Shown in pieces: positions 28,036-35,429 of a stretch of DNA of 35,429 bases. The stretch lies in assembly GCA_039208735.1 (NCBI GenBank), contig JBCCQY010000096.1, forward strand, positions 1-35,429, in the 5' to 3' direction. Under the pieces are notes generated by a model, which was not told the DNA's origin, ran no database searches, and saw only the letters and a program-made list of their open reading frames with translations. Numbering within the stretch: position 1 is the first letter of the stretch; each line of letters opens with the position of its first letter. Source of the stretch: Myxococcota bacterium (lineage in GTDB: Bacteria > Myxococcota_A > UBA796 > GCA-2862545). The position numbers and the translations under genes are program-made.

Positions 28036-28794
28036 ATGAACCTCACGCTCTCGTTCCTCCGCAACGACGCAAAGCTGATCCGCCGCGATCTGCTTTTGTT
28101 GACGCTTCTCGGATTCGTGGTGTACCTCGGGGTGGTGCTCCGTTTTCTGCTTCCCTGGGCGAATGGCTATCTGGCGGCCGAGGGGCTTTTGCCTAGCGAG
28201 TCCCTGCCTCACCCGCTCAGCCACTACGACCCGCTCGTCATTTCGTACATGGTCTGGTACACAGGCCCCGTGCTGGGTGGCGCCATCTACAGCTTCCTGA
28301 TCCTCGCCGAGAAGGACGACGGCACCCTGAAGGCGATGATGGTCACGCCGGTGTCCCCGGCGCGCTACATCGACCACCGAATTGCCATGTCGACGGTGTT
28401 CTCGTTCGCCATCGCGGGGTTCCTGTTCCGCGTCATCAATGCGGCACTCGTGCCGGTGGTCCCTGCGCTTGCCATCACCGCCACGGCGGCGCTGACCGGT
28501 CCCATCCTGATGTTGTTCCTGGTGCTCCTGGCGGGTAGCAAGCTTCAGGGCGTCAACATCGGGAAGTTCCAGTCGCTCGGAGGCCTGCTGATCCTGGTGA
28601 GCTGGTTCGTCGAAGGCCCGCTGCAGCATCTGTTCGGCCTCTTCCCTCCGTGGTGGCCGAGCAAGGCCTACTGGCTTGCCGTGGACGGCAGCCCGTGGTG
28701 GCCTGCCTATGTCGTGGGGGGCCTTCTGACCCAGGTGGCTCTGATCGTGGCCATGCGAAGGGCGTGCGTTCGCAGCTTCTATCGGGAGGCCTGA
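28036..28794 (+). CDS. ABC-2 type permease (second)
   Basis: About 6 TM; LAEKDDGTLKAMMVTPVS and LFPPWW motifs. Confidence 0.88.
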   Translation: MNLTLSFLRNDAKLIRRDLLLLTLLGFVVYLGVVLRFLLPWANGYLAAEGLLPSESLPHPLSHYDPLVISYMVWYTGPVLGGAIYSFLILAEKDDGTLKAMMVTPVSPARYIDHRIAMSTVFSFAIAGFLFRVINAALVPVVPALAITATAALTGPILMLFLVLLAGSKLQGVNIGKFQSLGGLLILVSWFVEGPLQHLFGLFPPWWPSKAYWLAVDGSPWWPAYVVGGLLTQVALIVAMRRACVRSFYREA

Positions 28795-29729
28795 CGGCGT
28801 CCGGGCGTTCGTGTACATCCTTGGGCGTCCGTCACCACCTCGGCGAGCAGCGCCCGCAGGAACTGATGACGTGGATCGTGGTGAAAGCGCTCGTGCCACG
28901 CGAGCGGCAAGGGCAGGGGAGGCACGTCGAGCGGCACGTCGCGCACCGCCAAACCCATGCGGTGCGCCAGATGATGGGCGAACCATCGCGAAGTCGTGAC
29001 CTTCACATCGGACTCTGCCGCCACCGCTGCGATGACCACCGGGGAACTCGCACGCACGGTGATTCGCCTCGTCTGTCCGTGCAGCGCCAATCCGCGGTCC
29101 ACGTGGCTCAGGCCGGTCCCGGCCACCGTCATGACGCCATGCGTGCCGCGGGCAAAGGTCTCGAGGGTCCATGGATCGGCAAGGTCGGGATGATCCGGGC
29201 GCATGACCACGGCCCAATCGTCCTCGAAGAGGGTTCGACAGCGCAGATGGGCTTCGGTGCCTGCAAGGACCCCAAACGCGAGATCCACCCGCCCATCGTG
29301 CAGGTCTTCGAGCCAGTGGGCTGAAAACGAAGTCATCACCAACGGCATGGCGGGGGCCCGTTGGGCGAGCATCGCCGACAAGGGACCCGCCAACAGCCAA
29401 GCCAGATGGTCGGGGCACCCCAACCGAAACGGTGTGGCGGAGGCTTGGGGATCGAACCGAGGACGAGGAATGGCCTCCCTCAACCGGCTCAAGGCGTCGC
29501 GCACGGGCTCTCGAAGCGCTTCCGCGCGCGGGGTGGGCTGAAGTCCACGGCGGCCGGTCACGAACAATGGGTCATCGAGGGCCTCCCGAAGACGCGCCAG
29601 CGCCCGGCTGGTCCCACTTTGGGTGAGGCCCAATCGCGCGCCCGCCTCCGTGACCGAACCTTCGGTGTATAGCGCGTCGAAGACGACCAGGAGATTCAGG
29701 TCGAGGCGTTGGCCATGCGCATCCGTCAT
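28779..29729 (-). CDS. LysR-family transcriptional regulator (NodD/DntR-like subgroup)
   Basis: LDLNLLVVFDAL..GSVTEAG..LTQSGTSRALARLREALDDPLF HTH; PRPRFDPQAS; WHERFHHDPRHQFLR. Confidence 0.93.
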   Translation of the reverse strand: MTDAHGQRLDLNLLVVFDALYTEGSVTEAGARLGLTQSGTSRALARLREALDDPLFVTGRRGLQPTPRAEALREPVRDALSRLREAIPRPRFDPQASATPFRLGCPDHLAWLLAGPLSAMLAQRAPAMPLVMTSFSAHWLEDLHDGRVDLAFGVLAGTEAHLRCRTLFEDDWAVVMRPDHPDLADPWTLETFARGTHGVMTVAGTGLSHVDRGLALHGQTRRITVRASSPVVIAAVAAESDVKVTTSRWFAHHLAHRMGLAVRDVPLDVPPLPLPLAWHERFHHDPRHQFLRALLAEVVTDAQGCTRTPGRRQASR

Positions 29730-29742
29730 GCATGGCATGCGT
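29715..29742. promoter_or_regulatory. Candidate LysR T-N11-A box(es) at the divergent lysR/MAPEG junction
   Basis: ATG-N9-CAT at 29715-29729 and imperfect ATGCA-N5-TGCGT at 29728-29742. Confidence 0.45.
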
Positions 29743-29789
29743 AGCATGATCGCAAGAGCCGGACGATGGAGGGCGTAACGGAGGTCGTG

Positions 29790-30182
29790 ATGGTGTCGAT
29801 CACGCTGATGTATGCAGGCGTATTGGGCTTGCTGATGGCCGGATTGTCGATTCGGGTTCCCCTGCGGCGGGGGCAGCTCGATGTGCCCTTCGGCGATGGC
29901 GGAGATGAGCGATTGGCCACTCGCATTCGAGCCTTTGGCAATTTCACCGAGTACGTGCCCATGGTGCTTGTGTTGATGGCGTTGGCGGAGCTTTCGGGCG
30001 GGTCCAACGCGGTGTTGCATGCGAGCGGAGCGGGCCTTGTGGTGTCCCGCGTGGTGCACGCAGTCGCCTATCGAGGCCGGTCTGAGCTGACTTTTCCCGA
30101 GAAGGTAGGTCGCGGCTTCGGCGCACTTTCGACGTGGACGGTGTTGGCCGGCTTATCCGCGTACATTGTCGCGTTGGGGTGA
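29790..30182 (+). CDS. MAPEG-family membrane protein (YecN-like)
   Basis: GDGGD..LATRIRAFGNFTEYVP and SRVVHA; SD GGAGG; divergent from lysR. Confidence 0.9.
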   Translation: MVSITLMYAGVLGLLMAGLSIRVPLRRGQLDVPFGDGGDERLATRIRAFGNFTEYVPMVLVLMALAELSGGSNAVLHASGAGLVVSRVVHAVAYRGRSELTFPEKVGRGFGALSTWTVLAGLSAYIVALG

Positions 30183-30232
30183 CGGGTCTTGTCTTCGGGG
30201 GTGTCGCAGCACCGACACAACCTGGAGACGTC

Positions 30233-30730
30233 ATGATCCTGTTACTTGCTGGGGTTGCCGCCCTTGGCGCTAAGGCGGGGCCCAACCTTGCGCTGGCCTA
30301 CCACGGCCATGGCCTCACCCACCCTGGCGCCACGGTCCGTCTGGCCTGGCGCCCATCCGACCGAAGGGTGGCCTTCCAACCCGAGGTCGAGGGCGGCGGG
30401 TGGGTGCATCCAAGGCACCAACTGGCCCTGTTCGTGCGCGGTGGCATCGCGCTTTCACACCACGGACGACGCGGCGGACGGCATGGCCTTTTCGCCCATG
30501 TGGGTCCCCAACGTTCCACCTGGACCGTGCCGACCTTTGCCGTCGGCGACGGCGACGTGTCTCGGCGCCCCCTCTCGGGACAGTGGTGGCTTACCGGCAC
30601 GGCAGGGGTCACCCTCGGCCGCAAATCCTGGTTTGTTCGACCCCAACTCTCATTGCGCGGACCGCATTTTCACGGCCTCGCCAGCGACGTCGCCGTTCAA
30701 GTCGGGGCGCTCCTCGGAGGTGCCAAGTGA
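30233..30730 (+). CDS. Hypothetical exported beta-strand-rich protein
   Basis: SD GGAG; MILLLAGVAALG; alternating amphipathic strands; TGATG-coupled to the hydrolase. Confidence 0.6.
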   Translation: MILLLAGVAALGAKAGPNLALAYHGHGLTHPGATVRLAWRPSDRRVAFQPEVEGGGWVHPRHQLALFVRGGIALSHHGRRGGRHGLFAHVGPQRSTWTVPTFAVGDGDVSRRPLSGQWWLTGTAGVTLGRKSWFVRPQLSLRGPHFHGLASDVAVQVGALLGGAK

Positions 30731-31743
30731 TGCGCATCGCACTTGTGGCCGTGGGTCTGCTGGCCTGTCGGGGTCCTATCAATGACCAATTCAACGTCCA
30801 GACCGCAGACGGAGTGCTTCTGCCCGTGATGGTTCGAGGGGACCTTGAATCCTCCGAGACCCTGGTGTTGTACGAGACCGGGGGGCCCTACGGGGGAGGC
30901 ATCGAGGAGCGGCTTGTCGACTATCAGTGGTTCTCCGACACCCTCGAGCCCCATCTTGCAATCGCCTACTATGATCGCCGAGGATACGGAAACAAGAACG
31001 GTCGTTATCGCCCCGATGACATCAGCGTCGACAATCTCGTCTCCGACATGGACGACGTGCTCACGGTGCTGCGAGAGCGCTACGACCCAGCCCGTCTGGT
31101 GCTTATGGGCCATTCCTTCGGTGGGTTTGCGACCGGCCGCTACCTCGCGAGCCGTCCCGAGGCAGATATCGACGCTTGGGTCAGCTCGGCGGGTGCGGTC
31201 GTCACGGGCGGCGATGCGGCCTACGTTCCCTATCGGTTGGCGTTCGTTTGTCGGTTGTCGGCGGATCGCCTTGCCGCGTCGGATGCCGATCCACTGTGGA
31301 CCGAGATCGACACCTGGTGCCAAACCGATCCGAAGGTTGATCCAGAGGATTGGGAACAGCCCGCGCGTCGAACGTTGTCGGGCTACCTCGACGCCATCTA
31401 TGAGCGGGTCGGAGATCCCCCTTTGCGTGCGGGTCCCTTGCTCGGGGCCGTGTTTGGCTCGTCCTACAACGTCACGGACGTGCTGCTGACCGCAAACGAA
31501 CTGTCGTCCCGGCTCAGCGAAGAGACCCGTGAGATGGACCTGCTTTCGGAGCTGGCCAACGTTTCCGTGCCCACCTTGTTCGTCTCGGGTGAGTACGACG
31601 ACATCGTGCCCACCGAGATTGCCATCGACGCAGCGGAACGCATCGAAGATGCACAGAGCATCGAAATCGAGTCCGGGGGACACTACCCGACTTGGCCCGA
31701 CCCACAGCCGTTTGCCGATGCGGTGCTCGACTTCTTGCGTTGA
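30730..31743 (+). CDS. Alpha/beta hydrolase lipoprotein (proline iminopeptidase-like)
   Basis: LLA-C lipobox; TGGP, YDRRGYG, nucleophile GHSFGG, GEYDDIV and SGGH. Confidence 0.88.
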   Translation: MRIALVAVGLLACRGPINDQFNVQTADGVLLPVMVRGDLESSETLVLYETGGPYGGGIEERLVDYQWFSDTLEPHLAIAYYDRRGYGNKNGRYRPDDISVDNLVSDMDDVLTVLRERYDPARLVLMGHSFGGFATGRYLASRPEADIDAWVSSAGAVVTGGDAAYVPYRLAFVCRLSADRLAASDADPLWTEIDTWCQTDPKVDPEDWEQPARRTLSGYLDAIYERVGDPPLRAGPLLGAVFGSSYNVTDVLLTANELSSRLSEETREMDLLSELANVSVPTLFVSGEYDDIVPTEIAIDAAERIEDAQSIEIESGGHYPTWPDPQPFADAVLDFLR

Positions 31744-31927
31744 GCAACGAGTTGACGATCCTTGGACGTCACCGGGATGGGACGGTACACGAGCGATTGT
31801 CACCAAGGTTGTCGTTCCGAGACGGACGGTCACGTCTTTACGTTCGCGCGTAGATCCTGTATCGTTCTGCTTCGGAGACGTGTGACTGGCAAGAGCCCGC
31901 CGAATCGGGCGGGAACTCGGAGGTTTC

Positions 31928-32767
31928 GTGATCAGGACTCTGTCGCTTCTCCCGCTTCTGGCTGTGGGTTGCATCTTCTCGCCCGACTCGGACGAAGATG
32001 GCCTCTCCAACGCGAAGGAGAAGAATCTCGGCACCAACCCCGACATCCCCGACACCGACGGCGATGGCATCATCGACGGCGCCGAGGTTGACGAGGTCGG
32101 AACCGATCCGCTCGTAGCAGACACCGATGGTGACACCTACGTCGATGGCGACGAGTTGGACTTTGGGTCCGACCCCCTCGACGCAGATGACCTCATCTAC
32201 ACGGGCCTTTGGCCCTACAACGCCGATAAGGACAGCATTGACGACCCCGGTTTCTCGGGCGAAGGTATGCAGGTTGGCGACATCTTTCCCCGCCACACCG
32301 GCAAGGACCAGTTCCGTGACACGGTCGATACCTACGACTTCGCCAACCAGGGCAAGTACACGGTGATCGACGGTTCGGCGACTTGGTGTCCGCCCTGTCA
32401 GGCCGTGGCTTCGTGGATCGCTGGCGACGCCGACCCGTTTAACCTCGAGACTGACTACGCGTCGGTTCGCCGTAAGCTGAACCGTGGTCAGTTCCAATGG
32501 CTCACCGTCATGACCGATGGCGGCCCCAGCGCCCAGGAACTCGCTCCCGCGCCGATCGCCGAAGTCATCCAGTGGGATGAGGACTTCCCGAACGAAAACG
32601 TCGTTGTCATGCGCGACAACAACGCGGGCGACATGCTGTTCGCCATCAACCAGAGCGGTGGCGGCGGCCTGGCGTGGCCGACCTACGTGATCGTTGACGA
32701 GAACATGGAGGTCGTCGTGGCCGGCGGCACCGGTGAGATCCTCGACTTCTTGCTCGAGAACCTTTGA
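31928..32767 (+). CDS. Lipoprotein with Ca-binding DxDxDG repeats and a thioredoxin-like (CxxC) domain
   Basis: AVG-C lipobox; DSDEDGL, DTDGDGI and DTDGDTY repeats with GTDP/GSDP; SATWCPPC; AWPTY cis-Pro motif; SD GGAGG. Confidence 0.85.
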   Translation: MIRTLSLLPLLAVGCIFSPDSDEDGLSNAKEKNLGTNPDIPDTDGDGIIDGAEVDEVGTDPLVADTDGDTYVDGDELDFGSDPLDADDLIYTGLWPYNADKDSIDDPGFSGEGMQVGDIFPRHTGKDQFRDTVDTYDFANQGKYTVIDGSATWCPPCQAVASWIAGDADPFNLETDYASVRRKLNRGQFQWLTVMTDGGPSAQELAPAPIAEVIQWDEDFPNENVVVMRDNNAGDMLFAINQSGGGGLAWPTYVIVDENMEVVVAGGTGEILDFLLENL

Positions 32768-32780
32768 TCCGTCTGCAGCT

Positions 32781-32803
32781 TGCAGGAGCGCTAGCCTCCT
32801 GCA
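32781..32803. terminator. Hairpin between convergent genes
   Basis: TGCAGGAG-CGCTAGC-CTCCTGCA, 8-bp stem. Confidence 0.45.
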
Positions 32804-32845
32804 TCGACGGGCTCTCCTGGTTCGGCCAGGTAGGGCCCGTTTTGC

Positions 32846-33772
32846 TCAGTCGTTGAGCTGGGCGCTCCAGATGGTGATCGTCTCGTGCCGCGGGTTTGCG
32901 ACCACCGGCAGATCAACCGGGGTGGACGCTCGGGCCAAGATGCCGTCGTTGTCGAAGCCTTTGATGAGGCGGAGTTCGATGTTGCCGCTGCCTAAGTAGT
33001 CGGCACAGCGCTCGCGTACGTCGTCGAAGCCATACCAATTGTCTTCGTCGATCGTAGCGAACCAGAGCGCCCAGGCGTGGGAGCCGGTGTAGGAGCCTTC
33101 GTGGCGCTCGATGTAGCCGCTGCAGGCTTCCTCGATGGCCCGGTTGAGGCGATCCGCATCGGCTCCGCGTTGGCGAGCGGCTCGGGTCAGCAGGTCGCTG
33201 ACGACCTTCCGAAACGCGGATTCATCGCCGAGCACCGCCGAGAGGTCGTCGACCTTCACCGTCCAGGCCCGCAAAAGAAAGTTCGACAGTAGCACGTCGG
33301 CGTACATCGCGTTGGCAAAGGCGTCGGCATCGGGGTCGAGGGGCTCGCCCCCTTCGATGGCGGCCGTCAGATCGTGCTGGCTGCGATGCACGAACAAGGC
33401 CTCAATGTCGATGGGAGCTTCGATGTCGGCGACCGCGAAAATCTCGTCACCGGCGATTGCATCGAGGGCTTCCATGCGCAGCACGTCCTGAACAACGTGG
33501 CCCGGCTCGAGCGGACCAAGGGCCAGCGTGGCGTCCGTGCCTTCGGGGAGCTTGGCGAACGGCGTGGGCGAGACGCGGATCGTCACCGAGGTGAAACGGG
33601 CCCGAAGTCCCGCATCATTTCCCCGATGACGTACGCGAAACACCGCATCGAACGCTTGTCCCACTTCGATGCGGGACTGTCCCGACAGGGGACGCGCCTC
33701 CACCGTGAGTTCGAGGGCTTCCGAGAGCGCGATGCGCAGATCTCGGAACAGGTTTGGGGTCCAGTCGTTCAT
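32846..33772 (-). CDS. Hypothetical protein (Ig-like N-terminal half plus alpha/beta C-terminal half)
   Basis: 308-aa ORF with normal composition; IEVGQAFDAVFRV...LGPLEPG resembles Ig-like beta sandwiches. Confidence 0.7.
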   Translation of the reverse strand: MNDWTPNLFRDLRIALSEALELTVEARPLSGQSRIEVGQAFDAVFRVRHRGNDAGLRARFTSVTIRVSPTPFAKLPEGTDATLALGPLEPGHVVQDVLRMEALDAIAGDEIFAVADIEAPIDIEALFVHRSQHDLTAAIEGGEPLDPDADAFANAMYADVLLSNFLLRAWTVKVDDLSAVLGDESAFRKVVSDLLTRAARQRGADADRLNRAIEEACSGYIERHEGSYTGSHAWALWFATIDEDNWYGFDDVRERCADYLGSGNIELRLIKGFDNDGILARASTPVDLPVVANPRHETITIWSAQLND

Positions 33773-33792
33773 GAAAGGGCCTCGGGTTTCAT

Positions 33793-33809
33793 CTGCACAC
33801 TACTGCACA
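33793..33809. promoter_or_regulatory. Direct repeat, candidate OmpR-family binding site
   Basis: CTGCACA-CTA-CTGCACA with a 10-bp period in the divergent intergenic region upstream of the cpxP-like gene. Confidence 0.5.
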
Positions 33810-33872
33810 TACACCGCGCACATTGGCGAACACGCAGAGCCTACGAATCGAACATCCACTCGGAGGGAAAGG

Positions 33873-34346
33873 ATGTTTGGATTCGTATTCGGCACGGTGT
33901 GCCTCATGGCTTTGTTCGCTCTTAAAGCCAGTGCATTCCATCGCTACCGCCGGTTTCGCCACGGCCCCGGCGGGCGACGGCGGGGCCGGGGCCGTGGACG
34001 AGGCATGGTCGCGTTCGCCACGGCAGAGCACATCAAACGTCGCCTCGATCTCGATGAAGATCAGGGCGATCTCGCGGACCACGCGATCGCGGATGCGCAG
34101 CGCAGCGTGAAGGAGATGTACGGGTCGTTTTCGGATGCGCGGGTTGAACTCGCGGATCTCGTTCGTGGCGAGGCCGTCGACGATGCGCAGCTCGAGGTGA
34201 TCTTTGATCGAATCGATGATGATCTTCGTCGCACCCGACGCGAGGTGGTCTCGGCGATCAAGCAGATCCACGCCACGCTCGACGAAGACCAGCGCGATCG
34301 CATGGCTTCGTTGCTCGGCGGCAATCGCGACGCTCGGAGGGTCTGA
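33873..34346 (+). CDS. Spy/CpxP-like (LTxxQ-motif) protein
   Basis: Hydrophobic N-terminus, Gly/Arg/His linker and two LDEDQ motifs; lies upstream of an OmpR-family regulator. Confidence 0.8.
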   Translation: MFGFVFGTVCLMALFALKASAFHRYRRFRHGPGGRRRGRGRGRGMVAFATAEHIKRRLDLDEDQGDLADHAIADAQRSVKEMYGSFSDARVELADLVRGEAVDDAQLEVIFDRIDDDLRRTRREVVSAIKQIHATLDEDQRDRMASLLGGNRDARRV

Positions 34347-34497
34347 TGGCACGTCGTGTTTTGTCGATCTTGTTGCTCTGGGGAGCATTCGTCGGGTTCG
34401 CGAACGGGTTCGCCTCGCTCGCTTCTTCGGGCCACCCCTGCCACGCGCCTCACCACCATCGGGCGCCGCCGGCGGAGCCAGCGCGATAGCGGGCGGT

Positions 34498-35169
34498 GTG
34501 ACCGTCCGTGCTCTGCTCATCGACGATGATCCCAAGCTCGCGAAGCTCCTTGCGACCTACCTCGAGCCCCACGATGTGCGCGTACACCACTCGCCGTCGG
34601 GAGAAGAGGGGCTCACGAGCCTCCGTGAGGGGAGCTTTGACATCGTGTTGCTCGACATCATGATGCCGGGACTGGACGGACTCGAGGTATTACGCCGGAT
34701 ACGGGCCGACCGCCAGATTCCCGTGGTCATGCTGACCGCGCGTGGCGATGAGACCGATCGCGTCGTGGGCCTCGAATTGGGGGCGGACGACTACTTGCCG
34801 AAGCCGGTGTACCCACGCGAGTTGCTCGCCCGCATTCGAGCCGTGTTGCGACGAGCGGCCCCCGCTCCTGGGGCACGGCTTGTGGTCGGTGACCTCGAAA
34901 TCGATACGGCGGGACGGGTCGCCTTTCTTGGTGGTCAGCCGCTCGTGTTGACCGCGCTCGAACTCGACCTGTTGGTGGCCCTGACCGAGCGGGCGGGGCG
35001 GGTGTTGCCGCGTGACGTGCTGTGGGAAGCGGCCGGCCGTGACACCCACGTTTCCGATCGCACGGTCGATGGGCACATTTCGCGGCTCCGGGCCAAGCTT
35101 GGGGACGATGCGCGGAACCCCCACCGGCTCAAGACGGTGCGCGGCGTGGGCTACGTGCTCGTGGGCTAG
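34498..35169 (+). CDS. OmpR/CpxR-family DNA-binding response regulator
   Basis: LIDDD, LLDIMMP, MLTARG, GADDYLPKP; winged helix DRTVDGHISRLRAKL..LKTVRGVGY. Confidence 0.95.
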   Translation: MTVRALLIDDDPKLAKLLATYLEPHDVRVHHSPSGEEGLTSLREGSFDIVLLDIMMPGLDGLEVLRRIRADRQIPVVMLTARGDETDRVVGLELGADDYLPKPVYPRELLARIRAVLRRAAPAPGARLVVGDLEIDTAGRVAFLGGQPLVLTALELDLLVALTERAGRVLPRDVLWEAAGRDTHVSDRTVDGHISRLRAKLGDDARNPHRLKTVRGVGYVLVG

Positions 35170-35178
35170 AGACCTGAC

Positions 35179-35429
35179 CAACAGTCACGCGGCTTCCTTC
35201 AGTCGTCCGAGGACGAAGCAGTTCGCTACAACCGCGCAAGCCGTAGTGTGGAACTGGTTCTTCTCGACGCCGCGGTAGCGAGCGTATCGCCTTGGCGCGC
35301 TTGGGTGCCATCCAAGGGCGATACGCTCGCTACCGCGGCGTCGAGAAGAACCAGTTCCACACTACGGCTTGCGCGGTTGTAGCGAACTGCTTCGTCCTCG
35401 GACGACTGAAGGAAGCCGCGTGACTGTTG
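35179..35429. repeat. Long perfect inverted repeat (fold-back element), truncated by the window end
   Basis: 35179-35291 is the exact reverse complement of 35317-35429 (113-bp arms) around a 25-nt spacer. Confidence 0.95.

Noticed and set aside
34347..34497. Intergenic stretch with GGGTTCGC repeated twice and TCGC runs; ORF track extends the regulator to 34204
   Set aside because: Too short and not repeated elsewhere in the window to call a REP; the extension is low-complexity and the receiver domain starts at GTG 34498.
35179..35429. Possible CRISPR array, tRNA or simple terminator at the window end
   Set aside because: There are no direct repeat-spacer units and no tRNA T/D-loop motifs, and the stem is far too long for an intrinsic terminator.

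Overview
GC-rich, gene-dense bacterial chromosomal window with about 38 credible CDSs. The TIGR02996-type protein and the many short-signal lipoproteins suggest a Myxococcota/deltaproteobacterial host (inference). In order, it holds: a TPM-domain gene pair; a WGR-like/TIGR02996/LRR protein; SGNH hydrolase-lnt-double receiver; a TPR-coiled coil-TerB block; a TolC-MFP-RND efflux operon followed by an FKBP; an S8 subtilase; an aryl-sulfate sulfotransferase-like lipoprotein; two tandem histidine kinases, one with a degenerate ATP-binding domain; a PilZ protein; a metallophosphoesterase; a GbsR/MarR regulator with a three-gene ABC exporter; LysR-MAPEG; an alpha/beta hydrolase; a thioredoxin-fold lipoprotein; and a CpxP/Spy-like gene with an OmpR-family regulator. 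The window ends inside a 113-bp-arm perfect inverted repeat. I saw no rRNA, tRNA, CRISPR array, transposase or integrase. The most notable observations are: (1) the terminal fold-back element; (2) recurrent ultrashort (10-16 aa), often uncharged signal peptides; (3) the kinase pair with complementary motif losses; (4) the TPR-coiled coil-TerB module; (5) a triple GxGLxSxPLG repeat in the subtilase tail. All family calls come from motif recognition by eye, not database searches.
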